64,000 nucleotides of DNA. Source: a bacterium. Lineage in GTDB: Bacteria; UBA8248. The translations under genes were made by a program, and so were the position numbers. Below the pieces are notes generated by a model that saw only the letters and a program-made list of their open reading frames with translations, had not been told where the DNA came from and made no database searches. Of this stretch, positions 28,856-39,572 are shown in pieces. The first letter of the stretch is position 1. Each line of letters opens with the position of its first letter. Location of the stretch: NCBI GenBank assembly GCA_965200245.1, contig CBDATS010000004.1:544001-608000 (forward strand). The letters run 5' to 3'.

Positions 28856-29310
28856 TGCAGAGACTCCTCCTCGCCTATCGCACCCCAGGATACGGCGCGG
28901 TGAGGCGTTATCTCTATCATCCAGGCGTGAATGATGATGGACCCGCGATATTGTGCATATTTCTCCTTCAAGCGTATCGCCGCTGTCTCATACGCTTCGG
29001 CGTCCGCCCTGGCGTGGATGATGACGGCACTCCCGAAAATCAGCACAAAGCCGAGTTTCGCCCAGTCGTCCTCATAATGATCTAACAGAAACGAGACTTG
29101 CGCGTTCTCGCGGATGTTCTCGAGCCTTTTCAGGCGCTCAATGTCTTTTTTCTGCTTGCCATCCACCGGAATGTATATTTTCCCGTCCACCACGGCAAAA
29201 ACGACGGGAACGACGTGGGGCGCGGCGTCCTTGTCCGCCGTCGCCAACCGCGCCACGCGTGCGCGCTCCATGAAACGCCAGGCATCGTCGGTGAGCAGTG
29301 ACGACGTCAT
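28852..29310 (-). CDS. PPOX-class split-barrel oxidoreductase (Rv0121/TIGR03668-like, putatively F420-dependent)
   Basis: ARVARLATAD..PHVVPVVF...VDGK.K...LKRLENIREN..VSFLLDHYEDDW. Confidence 0.8.
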   Translation of the reverse strand: MTSSLLTDDAWRFMERARVARLATADKDAAPHVVPVVFAVVDGKIYIPVDGKQKKDIERLKRLENIRENAQVSFLLDHYEDDWAKLGFVLIFGSAVIIHARADAEAYETAAIRLKEKYAQYRGSIIIHAWMIEITPHRAVSWGAIGEEESLQ

Positions 29311-30851
29311 TGCGGCTTTCCATACCCGCCGCCGCCCGGCGTTATGAGCGTGAGAGTATCACCCGGCTCCATGTCGGTGGTCACTTTGGGGTCTATCTCG
29401 CAGTCGTTGATACGAACCTGTCCCCGCGCACCGGGAGAGCCGCCGAACAGTCCAGGCGCGGGCGATTTCGTGCGTTCGGCCATGAACGAGACCGTGATGC
29501 GCGCGGGCGAGTCGTTGCGGAAAACGATCCGTTGCCCGCAGCCGCCCCGGAATTTCCCGGCGCCGCCGGAGTCTCTCAGAATTTTCTTGTCCAGCAGCGT
29601 GAAGGGGGTGATACGCTCGATCACCTCTATTGGCGTGTGGGAGACGTTGCTGGGATAACTCAGGCACGAATGGCCGTCGCCACGCGCACTGGCTCCCGTG
29701 CCACCGTTCTGAAAGAAAAGTCCGGCCGTGCGCACGCCTCTCTTGTCAAGCCCTGTATAGTTCACGCACCAAAGCGGAGAGCCGCTCGCCGCGGGCACCT
29801 CCCCGGGGATGACGGGAGCAAGCGCCTCGAAAACGGCAGCGGGCAGGTAGTGGCCCACCAACATACGGCCTCCTCCGGCAGCGGGGTGGAGCGGTTCCAG
29901 AATGCTGCCCGGTTCCGTTCGCACTTCGATGGGCCGAAAACACCCCTCGTTGTTGGGAACCTCGGGACAAAGCACGCATTTGATGGGATAGACCGAATAG
30001 GCGTAGGTGTAGTTGTAGGCCACGTTGACGGCGCGATCGACCTGGGGAGAGGAACCTGCGTAGTCGATGACGAGGGAATCCCCTGTTTTCTCGATCCGTG
30101 TCCTTACCCGTATGGGTTCTGCCAGGCCGTCGGTCTCGATTTCGGAGGAAAACTCCCCATCGGGCATGCGGCGCAGGGCGTCACGCATCGCCATCTCCGA
30201 GCGGCCCTGAATCTGCTTCGTCAGCGCGCGCAAATCCTCAAGGCCGTATTCCTCGAGAAGATCGCCAAGGCGTCTTTCCGCCAGACGGTTCGCCGTGAGC
30301 TGGGCGTTGATGTCCCCCATCACCAGATCGGGCACGCGTACGTTGTAGCGGATGAGATCGATGAGCGTTTGGTCGGGTTCACCGCGCCGGTACATCTTCA
30401 TCATGGGAATCTGGAGGCCTTCCTCGTAGACTTCTCTCGGATCCGGCGAACGGATTTTTCCGCCGATGTCTGGCAGGTGGGCCGTGCTGGCCGAGAAACC
30501 GATGAATTTCTCCCGATAGAACACCGGCTTTACGATGTTCACGTCGGGGAGATGGCCCGTTCCGTACCAGATGTCATTGGTGATGAGGATATCGCCGGGT
30601 GCCAGGGTTTCGGGCGGAAAAACCCTCAGGAAGTGGCGAACCGTTATTGGCAGGGTACCGATGAACGAGGCAATGCTGGCCGAGGATTGCACGAGCGAGT
30701 GACCCTGATCGTCGGTGATCACGCAGGAGAAATCATTCGACTCGCGCACCAGCGTCGAGAAGGAAGTACGCACCAGCGTCGCCGCCGCCTCGTCCACGAT
30801 ACCGGTGAGCCTTCGCCAGAGCACTTCCAACGTGATGGGATCGAATGACAT
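29307..30851 (-). CDS. hyuB: Hydantoinase B / oxoprolinase family subunit
   Basis: DPITLEV, FSTLVRESNDFS, NDIWYGTGHLPD, DSGGAGKFRGG, TPGGGGYG. Confidence 0.9.
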   Translation of the reverse strand: MSFDPITLEVLWRRLTGIVDEAAATLVRTSFSTLVRESNDFSCVITDDQGHSLVQSSASIASFIGTLPITVRHFLRVFPPETLAPGDILITNDIWYGTGHLPDVNIVKPVFYREKFIGFSASTAHLPDIGGKIRSPDPREVYEEGLQIPMMKMYRRGEPDQTLIDLIRYNVRVPDLVMGDINAQLTANRLAERRLGDLLEEYGLEDLRALTKQIQGRSEMAMRDALRRMPDGEFSSEIETDGLAEPIRVRTRIEKTGDSLVIDYAGSSPQVDRAVNVAYNYTYAYSVYPIKCVLCPEVPNNEGCFRPIEVRTEPGSILEPLHPAAGGGRMLVGHYLPAAVFEALAPVIPGEVPAASGSPLWCVNYTGLDKRGVRTAGLFFQNGGTGASARGDGHSCLSYPSNVSHTPIEVIERITPFTLLDKKILRDSGGAGKFRGGCGQRIVFRNDSPARITVSFMAERTKSPAPGLFGGSPGARGQVRINDCEIDPKVTTDMEPGDTLTLITPGGGGYGKPQ

Positions 30852-32941
30852 TACCTGGCAACCTCGATGACGACGTGTCCGTGTGATTCCTTTCGAAAGC
30901 ACATGCCCTCGGGAACCAGGATGGTGGATTCTCGCTCCTCTACGATAGCGGGGCCTGAAAACTCCCGTCCGGCTGGCAGTGAATACCTATGATACACGCG
31001 CGCCTCCTGAAACCCGCGCTCGGGACCTTCGTATATCGTTCTTGACCCCTTGTCGAAATTCGCCTCTTCTGCAAGGTGCGCGAAGTTCATGTCACGAGGC
31101 CCCGGACCCAGCATGGTCAGCCGCCAGGCAGCCACCTCCGCCGCCACGTTCTCGATTTTTCGCAAATACCGCCGTTCATAGGCGCGCTCGAACAACTCCT
31201 GCATGCCCGCGGCGTCTCGAACCGGCATCCCCCCTTCTTCGGGCAGGGAAACGCTCACTGTATCCGTCTGCCCCCGGTAGCGCATGTCGGCTGCACACAA
31301 GAACTCCCATCGCACATCCGCGCCGAGCCTCTCCCCGAGAGAATCCTTCATCTGCGCGGACATGTCCCGATACAACTCCTCGACATACGTCCAGTCGACA
31401 GCACCCACGTCGGACACCAGCACACGGACGGCGTCCGCCCTCGGTCTCGCCGCCAGGAGACCGGCTGCGGAGGCCACACCCACATCCGGCGGGCAGACGA
31501 TGCGGCTGATGTAGAGTTTTTTCGCCATGTGGCAGGCGTGCAGAGGTGCGGCGCCACCCGTGGCAATCAGGGCATAGTTTCTGGGATCGCCTCCTTTTTC
31601 AGCGATGTGCACGCGCGCCGCGCTCGCCATCTGCTCCGTGATGATCTCGTAAATCCCCCATGCTGCGTCTTCCATGCCCATGTCCAGTTGTTCGGCCAAA
31701 GATGAGACGGCCTCCCGCGCTTTTTCCGGATCGAGCCGCATCGTGCCGCCCAAAAAGAACTCGGGATCCAGGTAGCCCAGGAGCAGATTTGCATCCGTAA
31801 CAGTGGGTTGCGTGCCTCCCTGAGCGTAGCAGGCGGGCCCCGGTATTGCACCCGCGCTCCGGGGGCCGACGCGAATCAGTCCCAGGTCGCTTATCTGCGC
31901 GATACTGCCGCCTCCAGCACCGACCTCGACCAGATCCACCGTCGGTGAAAGGATGGGCAGGCCACTTCCTTTCTGGAACCTCGAGGTTCTCGCCACCTCG
32001 AAGCGATTCTCCGTCGCGGGTTCGCCGTCTTCGATGAGACATATCTTCGCCGTCGTTCCGCCCATATCGAATCCCAGCACGTGGGCTTCGTCCAGGGAAC
32101 GGGCGATTTGCGCTGCCGCGAGCGCGCCGCCCGCAGGCCCCGATTCGATAATGCGCACCGGATGCTCACGCACGCTGTCGAGCGTCGCGAAGCCGGAATT
32201 GGACAGCATGATAAAAAGATCACCTGAAAAACCCGAATCGCGCAGGTTCTCGAGCAGGCGCGTCAGGTACGCATCAGCAATGGGTCGTACGTAGGCGTTC
32301 GCCGCCGTGGTGGAGGTGCGTTCGTACTCGCCCGTTTCGGGAGCCACGGCAGATGAGATGGAAACGGGCGTGTCGCCCGCGATTTCCCCAATAGCCGCCT
32401 GGGCCGCCCATTCGTTCCGGGGGTTGACGGGCGCGTGAAGAAACGAGACGGCGATGGATTCCACACCTGACTTCAGGAGTTTTGCCGATTCGCGTCTCAC
32501 GGCCTCGACATCGAGAGGAAGAACCATCTTGCCGTCCACATGGACGCGTTCGGGAACCTCGACCCGGAATGCCTTCGAGACGAGAGGCGCCGGCATCTCC
32601 TGGTGCAAGTCATAGAGGTCGAAGCGCTTCTCGCGGGCGATCTCGATGACGTCTGAAAATCCTCGGGTCGTGATGAGGCCCGTTCGCGCGCCTTTCCTCT
32701 CGATGAGCGCATTGGTGATGAGGGTAGTGGCATGCACGATACTCGCCAGTTCCGATGCGTCGAGACCGGCAGATTCGAGAATTTTCCTGAAACCCGCAAG
32801 CGCTCCATCGGCGGGATCACCGGGCGTGGTCAGCACCTTGGCGATATGAACCGCGCTTCGAGTCTCGTCAACCAGCACGAAATCAGTGAACGTGCCTCCT
32901 ATGTCTATGCCCAGGCGGATTCGCGCTTCGTTGTCCATCAT
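30851..32941 (-). CDS. hyuA: Hydantoinase A / oxoprolinase family ATP-dependent subunit
   Basis: GIDIGGTFTD, HATTLITN, EYERTSTT, ESGPAGG, DMGGTTAK, GPACY. Confidence 0.92.
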   Translation of the reverse strand: MMDNEARIRLGIDIGGTFTDFVLVDETRSAVHIAKVLTTPGDPADGALAGFRKILESAGLDASELASIVHATTLITNALIERKGARTGLITTRGFSDVIEIAREKRFDLYDLHQEMPAPLVSKAFRVEVPERVHVDGKMVLPLDVEAVRRESAKLLKSGVESIAVSFLHAPVNPRNEWAAQAAIGEIAGDTPVSISSAVAPETGEYERTSTTAANAYVRPIADAYLTRLLENLRDSGFSGDLFIMLSNSGFATLDSVREHPVRIIESGPAGGALAAAQIARSLDEAHVLGFDMGGTTAKICLIEDGEPATENRFEVARTSRFQKGSGLPILSPTVDLVEVGAGGGSIAQISDLGLIRVGPRSAGAIPGPACYAQGGTQPTVTDANLLLGYLDPEFFLGGTMRLDPEKAREAVSSLAEQLDMGMEDAAWGIYEIITEQMASAARVHIAEKGGDPRNYALIATGGAAPLHACHMAKKLYISRIVCPPDVGVASAAGLLAARPRADAVRVLVSDVGAVDWTYVEELYRDMSAQMKDSLGERLGADVRWEFLCAADMRYRGQTDTVSVSLPEEGGMPVRDAAGMQELFERAYERRYLRKIENVAAEVAAWRLTMLGPGPRDMNFAHLAEEANFDKGSRTIYEGPERGFQEARVYHRYSLPAGREFSGPAIVEERESTILVPEGMCFRKESHGHVVIEVAR

Positions 32942-33906
32942 CCCGCTTTCAGGAGCATCTCGCCGTCCCGGACGATGACTTCAACATCAAACCATACCGT
33001 AGGCGCACGGATAATCGCGTCGAAATGGGTCTTGGCCCGTACATTACCACCCAGGTTGGCAGAAGTCCCGATTCCAATGTGGATCGTGCCATTCACACCT
33101 TCATCGTTGAGCATTTCACCCGTGAAATCCCTGCACTCGGGATTCAGGCCCATCGCGAACTGCGCGACATTGTAGACCCACTCGTCGTCCTGCTCGGCCA
33201 GAAGTGCTCTGAGAAAATCCGCCTGCCGCCCGCCCGAAATCTCGCGTACGAAGCCGTCTTCAATGCGAAAAGTCACCGGTTCTTCCATTACGCCTATCCC
33301 GTAGTAGGGAATGCTGCCATCCACCACAAGAATGCCTTTCGTCGTTCCTTCCACCGGCGATATGTTGGCCTCGATGTTGGGAACGGCGGTGAAGCCGGGA
33401 CCATCCAGAACACAGGCGTGGCTGTTGCCGGCGCGACCATCGACGGAAAACGTGAGTTCGGTGCCCGCCTTGTTGGAGACGCGCACCTCGCGCGCCAGAC
33501 TCAAACGTTCCGCCAGGGCGTCGCAAAGCGGCTTTCTCGCCCTGAAATCCGCCATGAGGCCGCCACGCTGCATCTGCCCGGTCGTGAATGCCGTCATCGA
33601 GAGTACACGCGCTCCTGCACTGACGGCCGCCCTGGTCGCCTGCGTATGAGCAAGTGCATGGGTAACGGGCAAAAAAACTGCGTCTGACGCCCGCATCGCC
33701 TCTGCCACGGCTCGCGGCGGTTCCTCGTTGTCGATGCTTCTGGGCGGGCACACGACAATCGTGGCACGCGCACCGCGTGCTCCCGCCTCGTCGCAAAGGG
33801 CCTGCGCGACAGGGAAGCGCTCCGCGTCAGTGACGATGAGCACATCCTCACCACTGCTTACGCCGGCACAGTCGCCTACGAGAATTTTCGCGCCTTCTTC
33901 CACCAA
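32938..33906 (-). CDS. M29/AmpS-fold metalloprotein (leucyl aminopeptidase- or NicX-like)
   Basis: GEDVLIVTD, GTELTF, VPNIEANISP, AQFAMGLNP, DEGV.GTIHIGIG, HFD; an in-frame TAA at 33907-33909 may cut off a longer N-terminus. Confidence 0.7.
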   Translation of the reverse strand: MVEEGAKILVGDCAGVSSGEDVLIVTDAERFPVAQALCDEAGARGARATIVVCPPRSIDNEEPPRAVAEAMRASDAVFLPVTHALAHTQATRAAVSAGARVLSMTAFTTGQMQRGGLMADFRARKPLCDALAERLSLAREVRVSNKAGTELTFSVDGRAGNSHACVLDGPGFTAVPNIEANISPVEGTTKGILVVDGSIPYYGIGVMEEPVTFRIEDGFVREISGGRQADFLRALLAEQDDEWVYNVAQFAMGLNPECRDFTGEMLNDEGVNGTIHIGIGTSANLGGNVRAKTHFDAIIRAPTVWFDVEVIVRDGEMLLKAG

Positions 33907-34039
33907 TTACTCCTTGACCTGGAGCGATGAACCCATGATCGCGCAACGCTGTCTGCCCATATCCATGGTTGCAAAGCGTCTCGAAACCACGCAGGGGCTA
34001 TGAATACGTCGTTGTCAGTCCCGGTTTGCCCATATAAAA

Positions 34040-34783
34040 ATGGGAATCTACACTACGGACTTGCGAGAGGCGAGCATGAGGCAGGGAAAATTCTCCACAC
34101 CGAAATTAACGCTCGACCGAAAACGGCTGATGGATATCTACGAGCGCTTGTATGCGCGTTTCGGTGCCCAAGGGTGGTGGCCCGGCGAAACAGCGCTCGA
34201 GATCTGCCTGGGAGCCATTCTGGTCCAGAACACCTCGTGGTCGAACGCCGCGCGCGCCATCGAGAATCTGAAACGAGAAGACCTCCTCACGGAAAGCGCG
34301 CTAGGTCAGGTGCGCAAAGACCGCCTCACTCGACTCCTCCGCCCCGCACGGTTTTTCAATATGAAGACGAAACGGCTGAAGGGTTTCATGGCCTATCTCC
34401 GGAAACACCACGGGGGAGACGTAAACAAGTTCCTCAGCCTGCCTACGGAGGAATTGCACGAAGAACTGATGAGCCTCGACGGCGTAGGACGGGAGACGGC
34501 CGATTCCATCACGCTTTACGCCGCCGGGAGACCCGTGTTCGTGGTGGACGCCTACACGAAGCGCATTTTCTCCCGGCTCGGGTATTTCGTGGCCACAAAA
34601 AACGGGGACAGGGACTACCTCACATTACAGGAAACCCTCACGGCACACCTGCCACACGACACGGCTCTATTCAACGAATACCATGCCCTCCTCGTGCGCC
34701 TCGGGCACACCTGTTGCCGTCCCACGCCCAAATGCGACGAATGTCCGCTCCGTGCGGTCTGCCGATACTCCGGTGACAACTAG
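34040..34783 (+). CDS. Endonuclease III-related HhH-GPD DNA glycosylase
   Basis: WWPGET, GAILVQNTSW, LDGVGRETADSI, VVDAYTKR, C-x6-C-x2-C-x5-C cluster; start may be 34076. Confidence 0.9.
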   Translation: MGIYTTDLREASMRQGKFSTPKLTLDRKRLMDIYERLYARFGAQGWWPGETALEICLGAILVQNTSWSNAARAIENLKREDLLTESALGQVRKDRLTRLLRPARFFNMKTKRLKGFMAYLRKHHGGDVNKFLSLPTEELHEELMSLDGVGRETADSITLYAAGRPVFVVDAYTKRIFSRLGYFVATKNGDRDYLTLQETLTAHLPHDTALFNEYHALLVRLGHTCCRPTPKCDECPLRAVCRYSGDN

Positions 34784-35600
34784 AATTCACCAGCCAAGAG
34801 GACGCTGAACGTGTCGGAGTCCTTGCCAGTGCCACCTTCATCGACTGCATAATCGGTGTCATTCGCCCACTCAACACCCAGAAAACTCCATCCATCAACT
34901 CGTCCGAAAGGCCGATCAGGATACGTTTTTTTCGGCAATTCCAGTGCGAGTGCCTCATCTTTCGCTTGGTAGCCAACCGCCAGCGTCGCCGCCTTGCCGA
35001 CCAGTTCGAATCCGCAGGCCGCCTCGACCATCCAGGCCGAGGGTTTTCGCCGTAGTCGCCGAACGCCAATTCATCTCCGTGGAACTCGTCCAAGGCCCCA
35101 AGATACTCGCCGAGGAACGTGATACCGTTGCTCCGCATTTTTGCGCTTGCGGAGATGCCCTGCGCGCGATCGATGACCTCGTTGCTACCCAGCGTATCTG
35201 CAATCACGTCTTGAAGCGCGTCCGAATCCCCCAGATCGTTGATGTAGGATAGATTCAGGCCAAGTTCGAATCTCTTCCTCTCTACCGAGTAGCCCACCGC
35301 AGCGCCCGCACCCTGGACCCTGTCTTCTCCGTCCTCCGGGCTGTCACCCTTGAAAATGAATATCGATCCGTTCAGCCCACCGGAGGAAAGGTTGAGTTGC
35401 AGGGCTGTCTGCCTAGTCTCGCCGATGTCCACAGTAAGGGGGTCGGATAGCAATTCTGTCTCGAACGATCCAAACGGTACGTAGAGTTGGCCTCCCGTCA
35501 GAGACCATGCCCCACCCGGCGGGCCGAAGGTCAACGAGGCGGTATCCACGTCTACGGAATCATCCTCCTTGGTGAGCACAGCCTCTCCGCTCACCCAGTC
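34780..35600 (-). pseudogene. LbtU-family siderophore porin, 5'-truncated and frameshifted
   Basis: GQLYVPFGSFETELLSDPLTVDIGETRQTA, SYINDLGDSD; frame changes near 35045 and 34915; ends VLLAGEF. Confidence 0.7.
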
Positions 35601-35858
35601 ATTTATTATTTTCGCTCCTATCACCCTCTTTATTCGAGAGGCCAACATCAAGATGAAGCAAGAAATTTAATTTCACGTTTCGATAAAGTTAATTCCATGT
35701 TTCGGGAATCAATCTGTTCGGGGAAAATATGTCGTATGAGATTTTACAGTTCAGCGCATGAAGGAGAAGTTGCATTCTCCCAAGCGGGAGGACCGGTTTC
35801 CAGAAGAGAAGGCGGAATTGCCCCTTTTGGGTATTTTTCGGGATAGCAAGCCCTGGGC

Positions 35859-36641
35859 CTAGACAACCGGGCAGAATCCCCCATCGATGTTCACCGCTGT
35901 TCCCGTGATGTAGGAAGCGGCGTCGGATGCGAGAAAACACGCCATGTTGGCGTATTCCTCGCTCGTTCCCATCCTCCCGAGCGGTATGTCACGTCCCGCT
36001 TCAGCGATGTAATCCTCGAGCGATGTGTCAGGATTTTCACGCTCATAGCGCCGTACAATCTGATCCGTCACGATACGGCCTGTACAAAGCGCGTTCACCA
36101 GCACATTGTAGGGTGCGCCTTCGCCCGCCAGCACCTTTGTCATCGCCATTCCTGCAGCGCGAGAGACGGAGGTCGGCGCGCTGGCGGCGAACGGCGCCTT
36201 TACCGCCACCGTCACGACGTTGATGATACGACCCCAGCGACGTTCCTTCATCGCCGGAAACGCGAGGCGGCATGTTCTGATGGCGCCGAAGAGTTTGAGA
36301 CCCAGGTCCTCTTCCCACATCTCGTCGGTAATCTCTTCGAAAGGTCCCCGGGTGGACGTGCCCGCGTTATTCACCAGAATGTCGATTTGCCCCATATCTT
36401 CGAGAGCCGACGTCCACATCTTCCTGATTGCCGCCGCTTCGCGCATGTCACACGAATAGGCGAACACCTGGCCCCCGGTAGTGGCTTCCATCTCGCGCTT
36501 CGTCTCCTCGAGCACATCAGGTCGCCTCGCGACGATGGCTACCTCGGCTCCCGATTCAGAGAACTTGAACGCCATACCTCTGCCCATACCACGGCTGCCG
36601 CCCGTGATGAGCGCTTTTTTCCCTTCCAGACGAATATCCAT
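35859..36641 (-). CDS. SDR family oxidoreductase
   Basis: ITGGSRGMG, LVNNAG, PLGRMG, YITGTAVNIDGG. Confidence 0.9.
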   Translation of the reverse strand: MDIRLEGKKALITGGSRGMGRGMAFKFSESGAEVAIVARRPDVLEETKREMEATTGGQVFAYSCDMREAAAIRKMWTSALEDMGQIDILVNNAGTSTRGPFEEITDEMWEEDLGLKLFGAIRTCRLAFPAMKERRWGRIINVVTVAVKAPFAASAPTSVSRAAGMAMTKVLAGEGAPYNVLVNALCTGRIVTDQIVRRYERENPDTSLEDYIAEAGRDIPLGRMGTSEEYANMACFLASDAASYITGTAVNIDGGFCPVV

Positions 36642-36758
36642 GAAACACTCCCTGAAAATTGAGCGAGCACTTCACTGTGGCAAGCATACAGGAACGGGAA
36701 CATCGGCCCGGCGCGCGGGAGCCTGTCCCGCCCGATAACACAATCGCCCCGGATTTCC

Positions 36759-38444
36759 TTATGAAATTTTCGGCAGGGGCTGCTCGCGCGTCATCACTTC
36801 TACGATGGCCGGTTTTCTCGCCGAGAGTGCCGTTTTAATGGCCCCGTCGAGATCGGCGGGGTCTTCCACACGCACGCCGAACGCATCGAAAGAGCGCGCC
36901 ATGTCGGCGAAATTGGGACTCTTGAAGTCACAGCCGTATGCCGCGCCGTAAAGGTTCTGCTGCTGACGGTCTATCTGGCCGTAGGAACCGTCGTTCAGGA
37001 CAACCATCACGATGTCGGCGCCATATTCGCTCGCGGTAACGAAATCGCCGATCGTCATGAGAAACGCGCCGTCTCCCACCAGACCGATGACGTCGCGCCC
37101 GGGGTATTCCATCTTTGCGACGATGGCCGTGGGCAGCGCAAAGGACATGGCGTTCCACACGCCCGACTGCATGAAGGAGAACTGGTTCGTGAGCGGCACG
37201 TAGTATCGCGCGAACATCTGGCAATTGCCTACATCGCTGACGACGATGGTGTCAGACTTGATGTGGCGGCTGAGTTTTTCCATCAGCAGCGCCGGATGAA
37301 TCGGTGTCTCGCTCTCGTGGCCCGCGATCAAATCCGCAGCCTGTTTTTTTAGATCCGCCTTGCCTTGCGCGATCTGCTCCCTCACCTCTTCCCTGACCCG
37401 TCCGCTCTCTTGGGCCAGATGTTCCTCCAGGGCGCTCAGGAACAACTCGGGGTCTGCGACAATTTCGTCCGTGCCTCCATAATGCGTATCCTCCGCATCG
37501 TCGAAACCGATGAAAATCCGCTCCCCGGGTGCATAGGGGTCTATGTGATCCACCTCCGCCGTGGCGGCTCTCAGTCCGATGAACATCATCAAATCACACC
37601 TTGAAGTGACGTCGTTCATGAAACGGGTGTTCCTGAAGGCGAAGTAATGCCCCACCGCCAGGGGGTGATCCTCAGGAATCACGCCCATCGCATCCTGGGG
37701 GTAGATGACGGGAATCGAGAACTTTTCGGCAATTCGCGCAAGTTCTTTCATCGCTCCCTTGCGCATCAACCCTTTTCCCGCGCAGATGACGGGATACTTC
37801 GCCTCCAGCAGCCTGCGGGCATACTGGGCGACATTTTCCGCATTTGGGGTGACGACATGTGCCGGTATCGGCACGTATCCGGGCAGCGCAATGGGATCTT
37901 CCTGCAAAAGATGAGGGCTGTAGTCGCTGAGCCTTGGAATCTCGACGTGAACCGGCCCCGGCCTCCCGCTCCTGGCGACATGAAACGCCTTGGCCATGAT
38001 TCCGGATATCTCCTTGATGCTCTTCACGCGAACGCTCCACTTGGTTACCTTGCGAAACATTTCTACCAGAAAATCGGGATCGTCCACCCCATGGAACGCC
38101 TCGCGAGACGCATCGAGCGGCACGGAACCTGTGATGTGCACCATCGGCGATGCGGCGCCATAGGCCTGCGCTACGCCCGCGATGGAGTTCGCACCGCCGG
38201 GTCCCGCCGTAAGCAGACACACACCGGGCTCTCCGGTGAGACGCCCGTAGGCATCGGCCATCAGGGAGGCGTTCGGCTCCTGTTTGCAGGTGACGAGACG
38301 GATGGATGGCGCTTCTCTCAGCGCATCGTAGAACTGCAGAAGGTGGGAACCGGGCAGACAATAGAGCCTTTTGACGTTTTCCCTTACGAGCGCGTCTACG
38401 ACAATTTGGCCCGCGTGCGCGAGCGCGCCGACTTCAAAAGGCAT
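36759..38444 (-). CDS. ThDP-dependent enzyme (acetolactate synthase-like)
   Basis: QEPNASLMADAY, GPGGAN, GRPGPVHVEIP, GDGAFLM...VLND. Confidence 0.9.
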   Translation of the reverse strand: MPFEVGALAHAGQIVVDALVRENVKRLYCLPGSHLLQFYDALREAPSIRLVTCKQEPNASLMADAYGRLTGEPGVCLLTAGPGGANSIAGVAQAYGAASPMVHITGSVPLDASREAFHGVDDPDFLVEMFRKVTKWSVRVKSIKEISGIMAKAFHVARSGRPGPVHVEIPRLSDYSPHLLQEDPIALPGYVPIPAHVVTPNAENVAQYARRLLEAKYPVICAGKGLMRKGAMKELARIAEKFSIPVIYPQDAMGVIPEDHPLAVGHYFAFRNTRFMNDVTSRCDLMMFIGLRAATAEVDHIDPYAPGERIFIGFDDAEDTHYGGTDEIVADPELFLSALEEHLAQESGRVREEVREQIAQGKADLKKQAADLIAGHESETPIHPALLMEKLSRHIKSDTIVVSDVGNCQMFARYYVPLTNQFSFMQSGVWNAMSFALPTAIVAKMEYPGRDVIGLVGDGAFLMTIGDFVTASEYGADIVMVVLNDGSYGQIDRQQQNLYGAAYGCDFKSPNFADMARSFDAFGVRVEDPADLDGAIKTALSARKPAIVEVMTREQPLPKIS

Positions 38445-38479
38445 GAACCATCCTCTTTGGTCAGAAGAAAGAAATAAAT

Positions 38480-39559
38480 CTACTCACCCGATTTCTCGAT
38501 GTGCGCACAGAGATAATCGCCCACTTCCCGTGTATTGAGCGAACCGCCCAGGTCGGCCGTGGTTTTTCCCTCGCCGACGGCGGAGCGTATTGCCTCCCAA
38601 ATCAGGTCCGCGGCTTTCCCGAGTCCCAGTTCGTTCAGCATGATTCTGCCCGTCAGGCAGACCGCGAAGGGGTTCGCGATTCCCTTGAGCGCGATGCCTG
38701 GCGCCGTGCCGTGCACCGGTTCGAACATGCATACGCGGCCCGGGTGAATGCACCCCGACGCCGCAAGACCCACGCCTCCCACGAGGCCCGCGCAAAGGTC
38801 GCTCAGGATGTCGCCGTACATATTGTTGGTAACGATGACCCCGAAATCCTCGGGTCTGAACAGGAGGTCCTGGCACAAGGTATCGATGAAGTAATGCTCT
38901 CCCTCCACGTCGGGGTACTCTTCCGAAACCGCCCAGAAAACCCGCTGCCAAAGTCCGTGCGCGTGGATGAGGGAGCCGTGCTTGTCCGCCATGGTCACCT
39001 TGGGGTAACCGTGTTTCAGTGCGTACTCGAAGGCATAGCGGCAGATGCGCGAGACCCCCTTGTACGTGTTGATATCCTCCTGGATGGCCACTTCATCCGG
39101 CGTCCCCTTCTTGAAGTTGCCACCCACACGCACGTTTACGCCCTCGGTGTTCTCGCGCACGACGACGAGGTCGATGGGTACGTCTTTTTTCAGGGGACAA
39201 AAATCCGGATGCAGCAACGGCGATGGCCGCAGGTTCACGTACAAGTCGAGTTCGAAACGAAGCGCGCGCAGGAGGTCGCGGCAATTTACGTCTTCGGGAA
39301 TTCTGGGATCGAGACCCGCGCTTCCGAAAAGGATGGCGTCGTGCCTGTCCGCCAGGCCACGCACCAGCCCATTCACGTCTTCGGGCAGGGGCGTTCCGTG
39401 TTCGAGATAGTGGAGCGCGCCGTAGTCATAGACTTCCGCCTTGACCTCCACTCCCATCGTGCCCGTAGCCGTCCGTACAACTTCCGTCGCCACGGGCAGT
39501 ACGTCGTGCCCCACGCCGTCGCCCAAGATGACGGCCAGGGAAACCGATTTTTCGCTCAT
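38480..39559 (-). CDS. Isocitrate/isopropylmalate/tartrate dehydrogenase family
   Basis: GDGVG, LYVNLRP, VVRENTEG, NMYGDILSDL, FEPVHGTAP. Confidence 0.9.
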   Translation of the reverse strand: MSEKSVSLAVILGDGVGHDVLPVATEVVRTATGTMGVEVKAEVYDYGALHYLEHGTPLPEDVNGLVRGLADRHDAILFGSAGLDPRIPEDVNCRDLLRALRFELDLYVNLRPSPLLHPDFCPLKKDVPIDLVVVRENTEGVNVRVGGNFKKGTPDEVAIQEDINTYKGVSRICRYAFEYALKHGYPKVTMADKHGSLIHAHGLWQRVFWAVSEEYPDVEGEHYFIDTLCQDLLFRPEDFGVIVTNNMYGDILSDLCAGLVGGVGLAASGCIHPGRVCMFEPVHGTAPGIALKGIANPFAVCLTGRIMLNELGLGKAADLIWEAIRSAVGEGKTTADLGGSLNTREVGDYLCAHIEKSGE

Positions 39560-39572
39560 GGAATTCCCTCGC

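Noticed and set aside
29298-30848. Long antisense ORFs (for example 29298-30848, 39441-40829, 10520-11713, 42041-43081)
   Set aside because: Shadow frames opposite well-supported GC-rich genes, with no motifs of their own
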